From NCBI GenBank assembly GCA_030390025.1, contig CM059445.1, forward strand, positions 43,834,001 to 43,898,000: DNA of 64,000 bases, given 5' to 3'. Below, piece by piece: positions 48,052-59,899 of the stretch (the stretch's first letter is position 1; each line of letters starts with the position of its first letter). Source of the stretch: Squalus acanthias. Lineage: Eukaryota. Both the position numbers and the translations under genes were made by a program. The notes below the pieces were generated by a model. The model did no database searches and was not told the origin of the DNA. It worked only from the letters and a program-made list of their open reading frames with translations.

Positions 48052-51000
48052 ATTATTTAGAAACAAAAATTATGAAGAACAAAAGAGGGCGTTCTCCTTC
48101 TACTTTTCTAGAACCTCCATTTTCTTTTCAAAGCAGGCCTGTGGATTATAATACAGACGAGCACTGCGACCCACTTGCAGCCTGGTGCCCTATCTTTTGA
48201 AGCAGCACTTCCAGCACTGATGGATGCAACAGGCTGACTATCATTCCTGTCACCGTACCTGAACCTGGAACTTGAACTCTCAGAGGCCAGTGGAACAGGC
48301 TGAATTAATGGTGGACAACCATAATTAAATCATATATATTATGAAAAACATATCCAAAGATATTTGGGTAGGCATACTTTCTATAACACTGAAGAAAGAT
48401 TAATGAGTTTTTCCCCTTTACTAATAGCTCTCAGCTACAGGAGGGTCAGTGAAGACAGATATCCACCAGGGGGGAAAAAAGGATAAATTAGTCACTTTAA
48501 CAGAAATATTCAGTTTTCCAAATTATTTTTTGTATCAAGCCTGCAAACCGAAGTCCTTAATTATACTAATTGTTACCCGAGATGGGGAAAAAAAACACTT
48601 AAGGTGAACTCCACCATTTTAAAAATAGACAATATGGAAAATATATATGCACGTACAATGGTGAATGGGTGGTACTTTAGAAGATGCAAATACATTAGAG
48701 ATCAATAAACATTCCTGGGATGAGGAAAAAACTGGCCAGAAATTGGAGATAGTACAAATTTGACTGGGTATCAAAGGTCTGACTCACATTTCTAATAAAA
48801 TGGGGCAGGTTGCTGAGCCACAAAGTCTGAATATACTATTGGTGCAGCAGTAATGTTGCCAGTTTGGATCTACCTTATGTTCTATGACGGGGATCAGCCT
48901 GAGTAGAGCATTATTTAAACCCTGGGTAGTTTGCTCATCCCTAAAATGTCATTATGCATCGTAAAAGAATTTTAGCAGCAATAATTAATAAAGAAACAAA
49001 CAGCTGATAATCTTCCAAAATTACATTCAAGGCCATTTTATAGATTACAATACAATATATAAAGGAGTCTTAGGGAAAGAATTAGTCCATTGACTCACCC
49101 TGAGAACCGAAGATGTAGATTTGAGATAATATTTTAAAAATTATGTTGGGATAAATGAATTGTAATATTTTGTGATTAGCAGCGTGGAAGGTACTAGTTG
49201 ACCTTGATTGGCTCTGATTAGATATCAGAACCTGAAGCCCTCTCAGCTGATGAAAAACTTGATATGGAAAGAAGAAATCTTGGCACAAAATCTATATGCC
49301 GTAAGTATTTAACAGAATATTGACTCTGTCCACTTAGATAATCCTCATAGTCCCCTGTTCATTTCCTTTTCTTCTCGTGCATTTGAATCAGTCAACACAC
49401 GAGGATATGCTGTCCCAGCCCAACCCATCCCATTTCCATGTGCATTTCCCTAAAAATAGACTTGAACATCCAGTCAGGCTGAGAATGGTCCTGCTGCAAA
49501 CAGCCGTTTGGAATATCTCTGCTTTAATGCAGGATCAGAGAGCCATCGCCTGATATGTAGGATGGGCAGTTTCCAATTTCAAGAAACTTCTGAACTTCTA
49601 AAACCAAAACAATATGTATCCCCATATAAATACCTAATCATATCAGAGCTAGGAATAGGTAACTGTGAACCAAATCATCCTAATATAAGGTAACGCAGGA
49701 CACATACAGTGCCCCATTTTTGCAGCTCTATTTTTTATCCCATCTGTCAGGAGCACTGGTGAGAAAGGTAGTATGAAGGAATCTGTTATGTTGAAGACAC
49801 CATTTTGTAGCAAACAGACATCTTCTTCAGGAAACTGCAGCGGCAACTTTCTGGAAGATGTCCAAATCAACACAGACACACAAGGACTCTCTGTGGCTGG
49901 TAGAAGTTGGAGTCATGAAGACAGTTTTCTGTTCTTTGTGTAGTTCTGACCTTCTGGTAGCTACATCTCTCTTACAACCATATAAGGAGTGTTTTTTTTT
50001 AACCTCTCCTCTAGATGTACTCATCTTATGCTACGTCTTAAGCCCACCATAGACGTAATGAGTGAAGGCCATGGATATCTCACCCACCGGTACCACAAAG
50101 ACAGCGCAAGTCTGTGGAATGCTGAGTGAATGGAAGTTAATGTAAATTAGGGGTGAAGTTTATGGAATGCAGGACCTGAGGTAATGGTGCAGCTAAGGGA
50201 TAAAAGCGAGAGGTTGTAATGCAGAGGTAGGAATTTGAGGGCTGATCATCCTACTACTAAGCTGTGACTGTAATGTGAGGTCTTCTGCAGCCTTCACATC
50301 ACCAAATGTCTTGTCTGTGAGTATGAATTCCTCCACTAAATTTATAAGCGTAAACTCCAGCGACTAGGACTCTCTTTCTGGCACATGGACAAATAAGGCA
50401 GGCTTTATCTATCCCAACACCCACTTCTCCTCCTCTATTTTGCTAGATCTTCTTTGCGTTATCTAGCTTCTTGGTTTACGAGACTATGACCACGACAATC
50501 GTGCTTTCTAATCAACGACCAAGAGATGTATGTGCAGTGAGGCAATTGTGATCATGTCGTTTCTTTCCCTCTCTTCACAATGAATTGCTTGGCTGAAATT
50601 GACAATTGTCCTCAATGGGGCAGATGAGCTTGCGTGACTGGCACCCCAATGAAATATGGGACCATCTGGCTGGAAGGCAAGCACTCCACTTGGTACCAAA
50701 GCCACCGACAGCATTGTTAGAAGTTTAGTAACTTCAAAGCTCAGATCTGAATGTTCTGAACTCTTCTGAGTGACAATGTTAGAATTGGGGACAGAATTAA
50801 TGTGGAAATATAAATATAAAAATACACATTTCAGATCACCTTAAGATTTGTTAAAGAACATACGGCATACTTCACTCTAAATGGAAAGTCACGCTGCTTG
50901 TCACTGCAGTAGCTCACTGCCAGTTATCCTGTGAAAAGGTATTAATGTATTGCATTGGCTCTTGAATGCAATTTTGTGATTGATTATCCTTGTAAATACA

Positions 51001-52231
51001 CTTTGATTTATAAAAATAAATTCATAAAGCAGAATAATTTGGCCTCCTGCAAGCACCCATACCATATTTTACATTGATTTGGTTTGGTTTGGTTCAGGTA
51101 TGCTATGATCATCATAGATTAGAAATAACTATTTGCAGTATTAGTGTAAGAATTCTTAACACATATTCATGAGAATTCTATGTCCAATGTTGTAATAGAT
51201 GTGCCAACTCATTGAAAACAAGTGGATTAATACCTCCATTAAAATAGCAGACAGAGGAATATCATAAAGTGTATATGGCGTTCTTAGACTAATGTGGCAG
51301 ACAGTAATTTCTAGGATCATTAGCATTTGTGAGTAGACTATAATCTAAATACTGACAGTAATTTCAATGGTAACCCATCACTTGTGATAACAGAGGGAAA
51401 ACGCAATTGCATGGGAGCCACGTGCAATTGCTACTACAATATCAGGGCAATGTTATTGTCTATATAACCACTGGGCATTGTTCCAAGTTGGCAATGTTAT
51501 CGTCTGTATAACCATTTAAGCGCCATTTCTTCTATTAAAAAACCCCAACAAATCCTGACATATGTTGCATAAGTGGCTTTTGAGCAAGGGTTCTGATGAT
51601 TTACAATTGCATTGTATCCTTATCCAAATTTAGAATGTTATGCAGTCGTGACATCATTCAAGCGTCTATTTTTGGAAGCCCCTTCCCTCCCCAGCTCGAC
51701 ATTAAGGACCAACTTTATGAATGTGCCTTATTGGCAAGGAGCTGAACATGCTCACTGCCCATCATTTACTGTCCATCAAAATGAAGGGTTGGGGAATCCT
51801 GCGCAATATGTAGCTGGGGCTGCCACCAATGGCGCGCATTCATAAAACTGGCTGTTATTTATCCTCGATGTAATAAGTCAACATATTTAACAGGATCCTG
51901 CGACAAACAGCAACCACGAGCTTCCTGTGGAAACTGCCGAGGGTAAATTTCAAACATCTGAGTTTCAAGGATACTTCCACCCTAACTAAAAGCAGGCAAT
52001 GTTGAAAGGTTAGTCTCAACAACTACATGCAGTTTAACTGGGCTCTGGGAGATTAGGGTTGGACCATTAAGCCCTTTTTTCCCCAGAGCAGTGCTCTGGA
52101 ACATCCATTATATCATCTGAGGAATAGAACAATTGTGAAATATTTTGAATGTTTGAACTGATGTATTTTTGCTCATGTCTAGTTTCTAAGTGCCATACCT
52201 GTAATGTGAGAATCACCCACTTCAGCGGAAT

Positions 52232-52648
52232 GAAAGACTTATATTTATGTAGCACCTTATCATGTTCATGTACAATTCATTGCTTTCAAGTGTAGTGGCA
52301 GTTGTTTTGTAGGCAAGCATTTTGTACACAGAGATGAGGTGAATGACCAGTTAATCTGTTTTTTTTGGCAAACAAATGTTTTGAGGGGGTGAATGTCGGC
52401 CAGGACACCTCACGGACACTCAGCTCTTCGAATAGTGCCACTGGATCTTTAACCGCCACCTAAACCAGAATAAACAGATGGAGGCTCCAAGTTTAACGTT
52501 TCATCCTAACTATGGCACCTCTGACAAACTCCCTCAGTTCTGCACTCAAGCATCAGCCTAGTTTATGTGCTGAAGTCCTGGAGTGGGCCTTGAACCCACA
52601 AGCTTCTGACTCAGAGGTGAAAAAGGCACCAAGAGATCTAAGCTGACC
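52232..52648 (-). mobile_element. Diverged near full-length DeuSINE
   Basis: Colinear reverse complement of 2406-2866 (CTTGAACCCACAA.CTTCTGACTCAGA; GGCCAGGACACC; TCTTCGAATAGTGCC). Confidence 0.75.
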
Positions 52649-52794
52649 TTTTCATAAGGATGTGCAAACTTCAGCTCTCATTTTTCATAGCTCACACAAC
52701 AGAGATTCTGCCTGTGAGTCTATATGAATGTAGTTCATCAGAAATGGAAGGATATGTTGCACTGAAACTTCCTGTCTGCTGAACCCCATAACGA

Positions 52795-52814
52795 TAATAA
52801 TAATAATAATAATA
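52795..52814. repeat. (AAT)n microsatellite
   Basis: ATAATAATAATAATAATAAT. Confidence 0.8.
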
Positions 52815-53115
52815 TAAATTAATGTTTTGGACACAATTCTGAAAAAGCAAAGCAGAATGGTATTAATCCCCCATTTGAAAACTGGATGAACTAGATGCAG
52901 TTTCTGACACCAGAAGCTTTGTTCAATTGAATGCAACCAAATATTAACTTAACGATAAATAACTTTCAAAAAAAACTTATGTACACTTAATAGGATGTAG
53001 GTGTCTATCTTGGAACACAGGAATTCCACAATAACTAAACAATACTTAGTTGTATGGAAGAAATCAAATTGGCTTTCCAACTGATCTGGTTCAACATTCT
53101 TTTTCAAATACCTAC

Positions 53116-54792
53116 CCTGAAGTAGATAAGTGTGAAGGTGGGTGTTCAAAAGGAGGAATGTCTTCACCTCTCCTCCTTTGGGAAGGGATCTGACTATAAA
53201 ACTCGCTGCGCTCTGTTGCAGGAGGAGGGGATCCTGTGTAGCTGCCTGTAGAAGGTGTCAGTGTCATGTGAGGTCTATAACTGGGGCTTCCTCGTCTGCT
53301 GCCCTGGCCAGCAGTGCCGCTTTGTGCTGGTGAGGAGGACGGAGAGGACCTTCTGGATAAGCTAACGACAGCAGGAGGCTGAAGGGTAATTTCGGACATC
53401 TCCACAGAGATACCTGCAGGAAAGATGCCTCGGGAGGGCTGCATGACACTAGGCCGAGGCCGTGGGCGGGATGAAATCTCTGGGGAGGCATGACGGGAAC
53501 TCATAGGACTCTGACTCAAAGGGGAGAGCCGGGAAGGCTGTAGAACCACCTGGTGTAAACTGGCCTCAGTCCTTCTGCCTTGTCTAGGGCTGGGTCTGGG
53601 CCTGGGTCTAGGTTCGTACCACCTGGTGTCCAGGCTGAATGTGCTTGTGCCACTAGGACCAGCCTGTTTGGCTGATTCAGTGTAAGGCAATGTGGGTGCA
53701 CTTATACCATGGCTGGTATGCTTTAGCTGCCCATGACTGGTCTGTTGCATAGGTTGATGTGGATGTTTTTGAGAGAGAGAGACAGATCCTTTAGTTTTGC
53801 TGGGAGTTTTGCCAGTCCGACTCTTTGGTGCCTCCAGTTGCAGCACGCTATGGTAGGGTGCTGGGACCTGGAGTGAGGAAGGGGGGCCACCCCTTGGAAG
53901 ACCAGCCTTTGGCAGTGTACTCTCAGGTGTATCTTGATGGTGTGAAAACATAACTGGAGAGCTTTCAATGCTGCTGATAGACAATTCCTTCCTTCTCCAC
54001 GGTTCAGGAGACCTCATAGTGGTTGGCGTGTGAGTCAAAGGCAGAGTGCTACTGGAAGCGACCAAATGCTGTATTTCAGTATCTCCATGATCTGCAGGGA
54101 GGGTGGGATGACCATAAGATCCTTCAGCAAGTAATAGAGGTGAAGACATCACTGAACTGAGGGGACTGATATCTGGCATGTAAAATGGCTGACCATCTTG
54201 GTCTGCAGAGCTACTGCTGAGATAGCCATAAAACTGGCTGTGAGGGTAACCTTTAGCAGGTCGCCTGGTCTGACCAGTGGCCTGTAGCCTGGTATCTAAG
54301 CCTCCCATGCTTTCGTCTGTTTTCTGGAACGATGGGCTGTATGCTGGTGGCTGTAAGTATGACTCTTGACTCGATGAAAGAGGTGAAAGCTGAGACTTCA
54401 AGCCCATAATGGCAGTTGGAGTTAGAGTCTCATTGTTTTCCTCGTCTGATTGCCGGAACTCAGGATAGGTATCCGTCTCTTCTGCGAAAGGAAAGCCCTC
54501 AATCCTCCTCGTCTTCAATGATGTCTCCATCTCTGTGGGATCCATGATGAAGCGTCCGTCAGGGCCTCTGCTGATCAGTTCGATGGGGGTCGTGACATCA
54601 GCCTCGGCCTCATGCTTGGAGACGCTGTACTTCCTGCTGGTTATTGCTCGCTTTGTCTTTTTGTACAGGGACATTTCCCTTTCCCTGCCAGGACTCATCA
54701 TCTTGGCATGTATGGCTTGGGCATCTTCAGAGGAGTCTGATGGAGCTCGAAGTGTTCTGACGCTTTCAGGACTCACCTTTCCTGAGGAAGAT
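53116..54792 (-). CDS. IGSF9B: IGSF9B large cytoplasmic-domain exon (1677 bp)
   Basis: Open frame (P)SSSGKVSPESVRTLRAPS...LYKKTKRAI...TTPIELISRGPDGRF...RRIEGFPFAEETD.YPEFRQSDEEN...SLHQVVLQPSRLSPL...HLSTSG, characteristic of vertebrate IGSF9B. Acceptor ttttggtctctcAG at 54793-54794 and donor GTAGGT at 53114-53115; phase 2/2. Confidence 0.96.
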
Positions 54793-55597
54793 CTGAGAGA
54801 CCAAAATCAGAGGCAACAGTAACCCTGTATACTTTCACGTTTACAAATTTGTCATTGTCCAGTGAAGTAACCCATTATTTTATTGCTGCCGCTGCCATCA
54901 CTAGCATTATTCAATAATAACAACAGTGATTTTGTCTACTAATTTAATGAATCATCAGTTTTGAAGTTGTGGCAGTTAGAATAAATTTCATGATGTATTT
55001 AGCCCTCATTTGGGAAACATTTTTATCATCAGTTAAGCAACAATATAATTAAAATAATGCAATTTAAAATAATAGTCAGGGAATTTATAATTTGATTAAT
55101 ACTGCCAACTGATGCGTGTTATTACAGCAATAGGATAACAGAGCCATTTAGTGGTGAATTAATGGCTCTTTTGTGCTGCATATTGATCCGTACCAAACTA
55201 CCCAGCAGGGCATCTGTTTATGAAATCATAACTCTATAAGTTACCGTCGTATTTTTAAAGGTTTTAAGAACAAATCCTCCAGTATCCTGTAGGAAAACTG
55301 TAAATTATACAGGGATTTATTCTCTCGCTTTATAAAATTTAATAGGATCTAAGGATTTATGCAACTAAGGCTGTCAGACTCAATTCACTTGCAACTGGCA
55401 CAGTCAGAGGCATCGTTATGGAATGACCATTTTATTCTCTCTTCTATTAGTTGTAAAACAAAGTCTAGTGTTAGGCTGACATGGGTCTAACTTCACAGTC
55501 TGGCTACCATCGCAGAGAAAGTGAATCAAATCAACCACATCAATTTATCACACATGAACAAACACGGACAGAATTATAGAAGGGGCTGGTTACTTAC

Positions 55598-55643
55598 GGG
55601 GATTCCACACTCTTTCGGCAGTGTGTTATTGAGAGAGGAGGAT
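55598..55643 (-). CDS. IGSF9B: IGSF9B 46-bp juxtamembrane exon
   Basis: Acceptor ttgttctcctccAG and donor GTAAGT. Translates (D)PPLSITHCRKSVES(P), near-identical to recalled IGSF9B DPPLSITHCRKSLESP, and joins in frame to the next exon. Confidence 0.93.
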
Positions 55644-55805
55644 CTGGAGGAGAACAAGCATGCACATTAAGCAGCTAGAAGAGAATCAAACCATTTAGTA
55701 TCACAAATACTTTTTATGCAACAGGTGTGACCACAGTTTAGATACATCAATGTTGTCATATTGTAGTGAGATACATAGAAAAAAAATCACATGGTACGAT
55801 AGCAC

Positions 55806-55968
55806 GGGCTGATCTTGACTTCGCCCGGTAGTGTAAAATGGGTGACGGCGAGTCTGCAGCCCATTTTATTTCTCTGCAGATTTTTTCTTTCCATTGGAGA
55901 GATGTAAAATGGGCTGCCGACTCGCTATCATCCATTTTACACTATCGCACAAAGCCAAGAACTACCCC
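55806..55968. mobile_element. Short palindromic MITE
   Basis: TAGTGTAAAATGG.TGA..GCGAGTC.GCAGCCCATTTTA is mirrored by TAAAATGGGCTGC.GACTCGC..TCA.CCATTTTACACTA; GGG/CCC ends. Confidence 0.75.
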
Positions 55969-56169
55969 ATTGAGTCTATAAATATGTGACAACACAATAC
56001 TTCAATGGTCCTCACAAGAATGAACAAGTTGAGGTATGCCTCTTTCCGCTGCCATGCATTTTCTTACTCCTAATACTTTACGCAGTTGTGTCAACGCTGT
56101 CTTTGTTGCAACACTTCCACTTTGCTGGCCATTTCCCACAATAGTTGTAAATTTGATTACGTGGGAACG

Positions 56170-56365
56170 GTGCTGGTGGCACAGTGAGTTGCGCACTCAT
56201 TGTTCATCTGTGGTGCTTGCATTCCAATATAGCTCAGGCTGATGGATCTGTCTGCTGGCTGTAATACTTCAATGTGAAATAAGTTTGGGCAATCGCATTC
56301 CTAGTGGGAGCAGGCCCGTAGCACAAAATGGCCCCAAATTTGGCACTAAATGGACATTCTCATTT
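56170..56365 (+). mobile_element. Diverged LF-SINE-like tRNA SINE (another probable head at ~35752-35900)
   Basis: Degenerate tRNA head, then GTGAAAT.AGTTTGG...TTCCTAGTGG..CAGG..CACAAAA..AATTTGGCACTAA, resembling the recalled LF-SINE body. Confidence 0.5.
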
Positions 56366-56760
56366 AGATGGACGGCAAGGATTCCTGGAGTCAGAAATGT
56401 AAAATAACACACTGGTGCACAAGGTGCTCTTCTGTGGTTGGGAATAAGGCACATCGTGTAGAGTTGAGATTTTTTTTGCATCTAACCTGTCTGCAAGTTA
56501 TTGATGCTAATACAGGACCATGATTTCCAAGTGGCATTATCCCTTTAAATGTCAACATTAAAAGAACACAGATTGGAAAACCTGGCTTGAGTGTCAGATC
56601 TAGGAGTGTTCCATTTCTCAGGGCAAACACCCCTCAACTTGATGAGCACAAATTGTCACCAAACAAAGAATAAAAGTTTGAGTTCTCCTTGAATTTCCTT
56701 TGCTGCCTCATGTTCTTTTCCAGCTATTACCATATTGGCATCCAACTGCAGAATAATTAG

Positions 56761-56948
56761 CTTTTACGTCCACCTGAGAGAGCAGACGGGGACTCGGTTT
56801 ATGTCTCATTTGAAAGACGGCACCTCCGACAGTGCAGCACTTGCTCAGTACTGCACTGGAGTGTCAACCTAGATTTTTGTGCTCAAGTCTCTGGAGTGGG
56901 ACTTGAACCCACAACCTTCTGACTCAGAGGCGCGAGTGAGCCACAGCT
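56761..56948 (-). mobile_element. DeuSINE 5' half
   Basis: Reverse complement of ~2406-2605. Confidence 0.85.
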
Positions 56949-57024
56949 GACATTGTAATGGCAGGCCAACCATATCAGCTGATAGCAGCAGGAAATAAAC
57001 AGAAATCAAACATGTTTTAATAGA

Positions 57025-57259
57025 GTACAAATGGAAATCCCTTCGGAGAGAAGAGCAGAACTTCTTCAAGATGGGCATCTCCCCGACGGGATTTCCATTT
57101 GTACATCTCTAACTTTTTCCAGTTCTGATGAAAGGTCATCGACCTGAAACGTTAACTCTGCTTCTCTCTACACAGATGCTGCCTGACCTGCTGAGTATTT
57201 CCAGCATTTTCTGTTTTTATTTCAAATTTCCAGCATCGCAGTATTTTGCTTTTGTATTA
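57025..57259 (+). mobile_element. 235-bp non-autonomous Penelope-like insertion (5' hairpin plus pseudo-LTR end), 13-bp TSD
   Basis: TSD ATGTTTTAATAGA at 57012-57024 and 57260-57272. 27-bp inverted repeat at 57025-57051/57078-57104. 57111-57220 is the reverse complement of the PLE end at 36121-36235. Confidence 0.85.
57121..57157 (+). ncRNA. Minimal type I hammerhead ribozyme motif
   Basis: AGUU CUGAUGA A AGGUC-AUC-GACCU GAAA CGU U AACU: CUGANGA and GAAA boxes, 5-bp helix II, 4-bp helix I, palindromic ACGU in place of helix III, predicted cleavage after GUU. Confidence 0.8.
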
Positions 57260-57681
57260 ATGTTTTAATAGAACTTACAAATTGTCTAACCTGCTTGGAA
57301 TACTTTACTGTCGTGAGGGCAATGCAATGGCTATTACACAACTTAATTCTGACTTCATGATTCACTCAAATGGAATAAACACTACATCATCCACATTAAA
57401 TAATATATACATGGAATCAAGATTTCAAAATAGTTTAGGCACAGATCTTTTCATTTTTCTGCATCTACCTTTGCTCATTGAACATGACAGTGCTGGAGAC
57501 TGAGCATACTTTCCATTCTGTGCCCAGGTGCAGCAATGAAAGTTGAATACAGGAATTTCTGAATGCAGTGCAGAATTCACCTGCATGACCTTAACCAAGT
57601 GTCTCAATCACAAACTCAGAACAACACCCCACGGAGCTCTAGTGTGTCCTACACTCTCTTATGGTCCCTTTGAAAGAGATT

Positions 57682-58105
57682 GGGGGGTGGAATTTTAATC
57701 CCCAACGATGGGTGGGCTGAAGGCGGGTGGGAAGTGAACATTTTAAAAATCTCAAACATGACCCCAACCTGCCCACATTTAACGGGAGCGGGTCGGGGGG
57801 CGAGCGGCCAATCCGCTCTCAGGAGGCGGGTTGCTCAGTAAAACTTTTTAAGGAGGCTGCGCACCTCCCTTTTTACAGGATTTTGATTTTTAATCCATGG
57901 AGGCTGGGTTTCGAAAAAACCCGGCAGATAAAAGGAGGCAAGAAGGACCGGATCCATGAGGTAAGTGCATTTACAGCACTGCTTGCGGGCGAGGAGGAGC
58001 AGGAGTGTTTCCTCAGGCCCAACAAGCAAACCTCTTCACAGACTCCACGACCTCCCCAACCTCGCAATCTCTGACACCTCCCCACCCTCCCGGCCTCCGA
58101 CTCGC
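57682..58105. mobile_element. Left portion of a Harbinger-like MITE
   Basis: Begins GGGGGGTGGAATTTT (compare 62635). GC-rich with CCAAT and GC boxes and GAG|GTAAGT at 57961. Right TIR not found. Confidence 0.55.
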
Positions 58106-58184
58106 CTGAGCAGAACTATTATGTAGCTAGCAAGGAAACTTACATATTTTGTTTCAATTTTTCCCTCGAATTTTCTTCAAGAAA

Positions 58185-58720
58185 AGGCTTCTGCTGGGTT
58201 GCAGTTCCGTGGTTATCAGCTCTCTGGTATTTGCTTAAGTGACCATTTTTCATGTGTGAGTCTGGGCATTCAGTGTTGGCAGGCTGTTTCTCCCTGGAGG
58301 CTAACACAGTGAAACCTAATCCTGTCCTTTCTTGTCCTTGCCCACGATCCAGACTTGGGGATAATTTTCACTTTAGACGACAGTGTAAACATGTGCTATC
58401 AGCTTGGCCACCTGTCAATGCAAACAAAAATCGGGAGGGGCGCTTAACGGGCGGCCGGGCCAATATCGCCCATTTCACATCACTGTGTAAAGTGAGGATT
58501 AACCCTTTGATCCCTTCCAACGAAACAACAATTAGGAACAGGAGCCATTTCTGTTCTTACCCCCGCTCCCTTCCTAGGCTGGTGAGTCTGTAAAACAACT
58601 GTAGCACCACCATCTTGGGTGTGATTAGCTAATTCAGCACAAAGCAAGGCTCAAAGCTGAAATTTGCCTGGTCTATATAGCTCACTGCCTGACCACAGAG
58701 TAACGTTTTCCGCCGAGCCC
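58185..58720 (-). mobile_element. AmnSINE2-like SINE interrupted by a palindromic MITE
   Basis: AAGTGACCATTTTTCATGTGTGAG, AATCCTGTCCT, CAACTGTAGCACC and TTAGCTAATTCAGCACA are reverse complements of family motifs. Confidence 0.6.
58357..58505. mobile_element. Short palindromic MITE
   Basis: GGGGATAATTTTCACTTTA..CAGTG / CACTG..TAAAGTGAGGATTAACCC; related to 55806-55968. Confidence 0.65.
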
Positions 58721-59106
58721 TCGATGGGTAGAAAGGAGTTCATGGAATGCTAACCACCAACCCTTTCTCCCTCCTTTTCTTTCAGATTTTATGATACTGC
58801 AGTCCTCCTGTATATATTTCTATGCCCTTTCAACTGCACTGTTTATCTGGACAATAACCTGTCCCTCAAATTCCTCCTCAGTTCCTGGCCATGTTACTCC
58901 AACAGTGCTTAAAACAGTGAAGCCTGCCAATTGCTGTTGGTGCTTGTTAAGGGATTAACAGAGCGTTACTTTAGGATTTTGATAATTGTGGCGCGTGCAA
59001 CTACTTCAACACGTGCACAGCAGGCCATTCAGTGGAGTGGCAGAGTAATAATGCTGACAGTCAGCTACGAGATGCAATTAGGAGCCATTCAAAGAGCTGA
59101 AATAAT

Positions 59107-59849
59107 GGGCCGAAAATTGATCCCGGGACGCGAGAGTACGCACTGCGTACTCTCGCGTATTCCCACTCCAATTGCCGGTTTTCTGCATGCCCTGCGCATG
59201 CGCTGAAAACCGGCAATTGCTCTTCTGAAAAGGGGGCGGGTCCTCGGTGCATCGCGTGCGCGCTACAGGCTGCGCGCACGCTGTGCACTTCATGCTTTGG
59301 ACGCGCAGGTAAGTACTGAAGATTTTGGAAATGTAAAAAGGAGGAGTAAGACCCGCTTTTAAGAAGGTAAGTAGTGAATTAAGTATTTTTTTGAATTTTT
59401 TTTTACAGGTATATCTTTTTTAGAGACTTTAAAGACAGGTAAGTTTATTTTTAAAACTTTTTAAAAGATTTTAAATTTTTTCAAAAATTTAATTTTTTAT
59501 TTAAAATGGTTAATTTAATTAACTATACTTATTTTATTAATGTGATGGTTTTTTTTTAAATTTAATTGAGGTTTAGCTGTTATTTTGGGGGGGTGTAAGA
59601 TTCATAGATTTCACAGCCATGCTATGAGACTTATGAATGGAAGATGGTGTGCTGCCATTGGCTCTAACTGAGTCACGTGATCCCACAGCTCGCACGAATT
59701 CACTACGCCGCTGGGATACGCAAGCCCAGCACAGCTGATCTCTGGAACATCAAGTTCGTGCGAGCTGGATCTGAAAAAGCACAAGCGAGGTGAGACATCG
59801 CGGGGAAGGCTTACCCCCGCGGGAACAGAGCGAGATCAATTTCTGGGCC
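59107..59849. mobile_element. Harbinger-like MITE with 3-bp TSD
   Basis: TIRs GGGCCGAAAATTGATCCCG / CGAGATCAATTTCTGGGCC; TSD AAT at 59104-59106 and 59850-59852. CpG-rich ends with an AT-rich core. Confidence 0.85.
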
Positions 59850-59899
59850 AATGCTGGGGAGGCCAGGGCAGCTAGCGACTGAGCAATATTGTTGAACAC

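Noticed and set aside
49649-50052. Cluster of short ORFs as an alternative IGSF9B exon
   Set aside because: No recognisable homology and no convincing phase-compatible splice sites.
53112-54776. 554-aa ORF as a standalone single-exon gene
   Set aside because: The listed start is an internal GTG (Val); splice sites show it is an internal IGSF9B exon.
53142-54822. Antisense and alternate-frame ORFs over the large exon
   Set aside because: Shadows of the real coding frame with no independent support.
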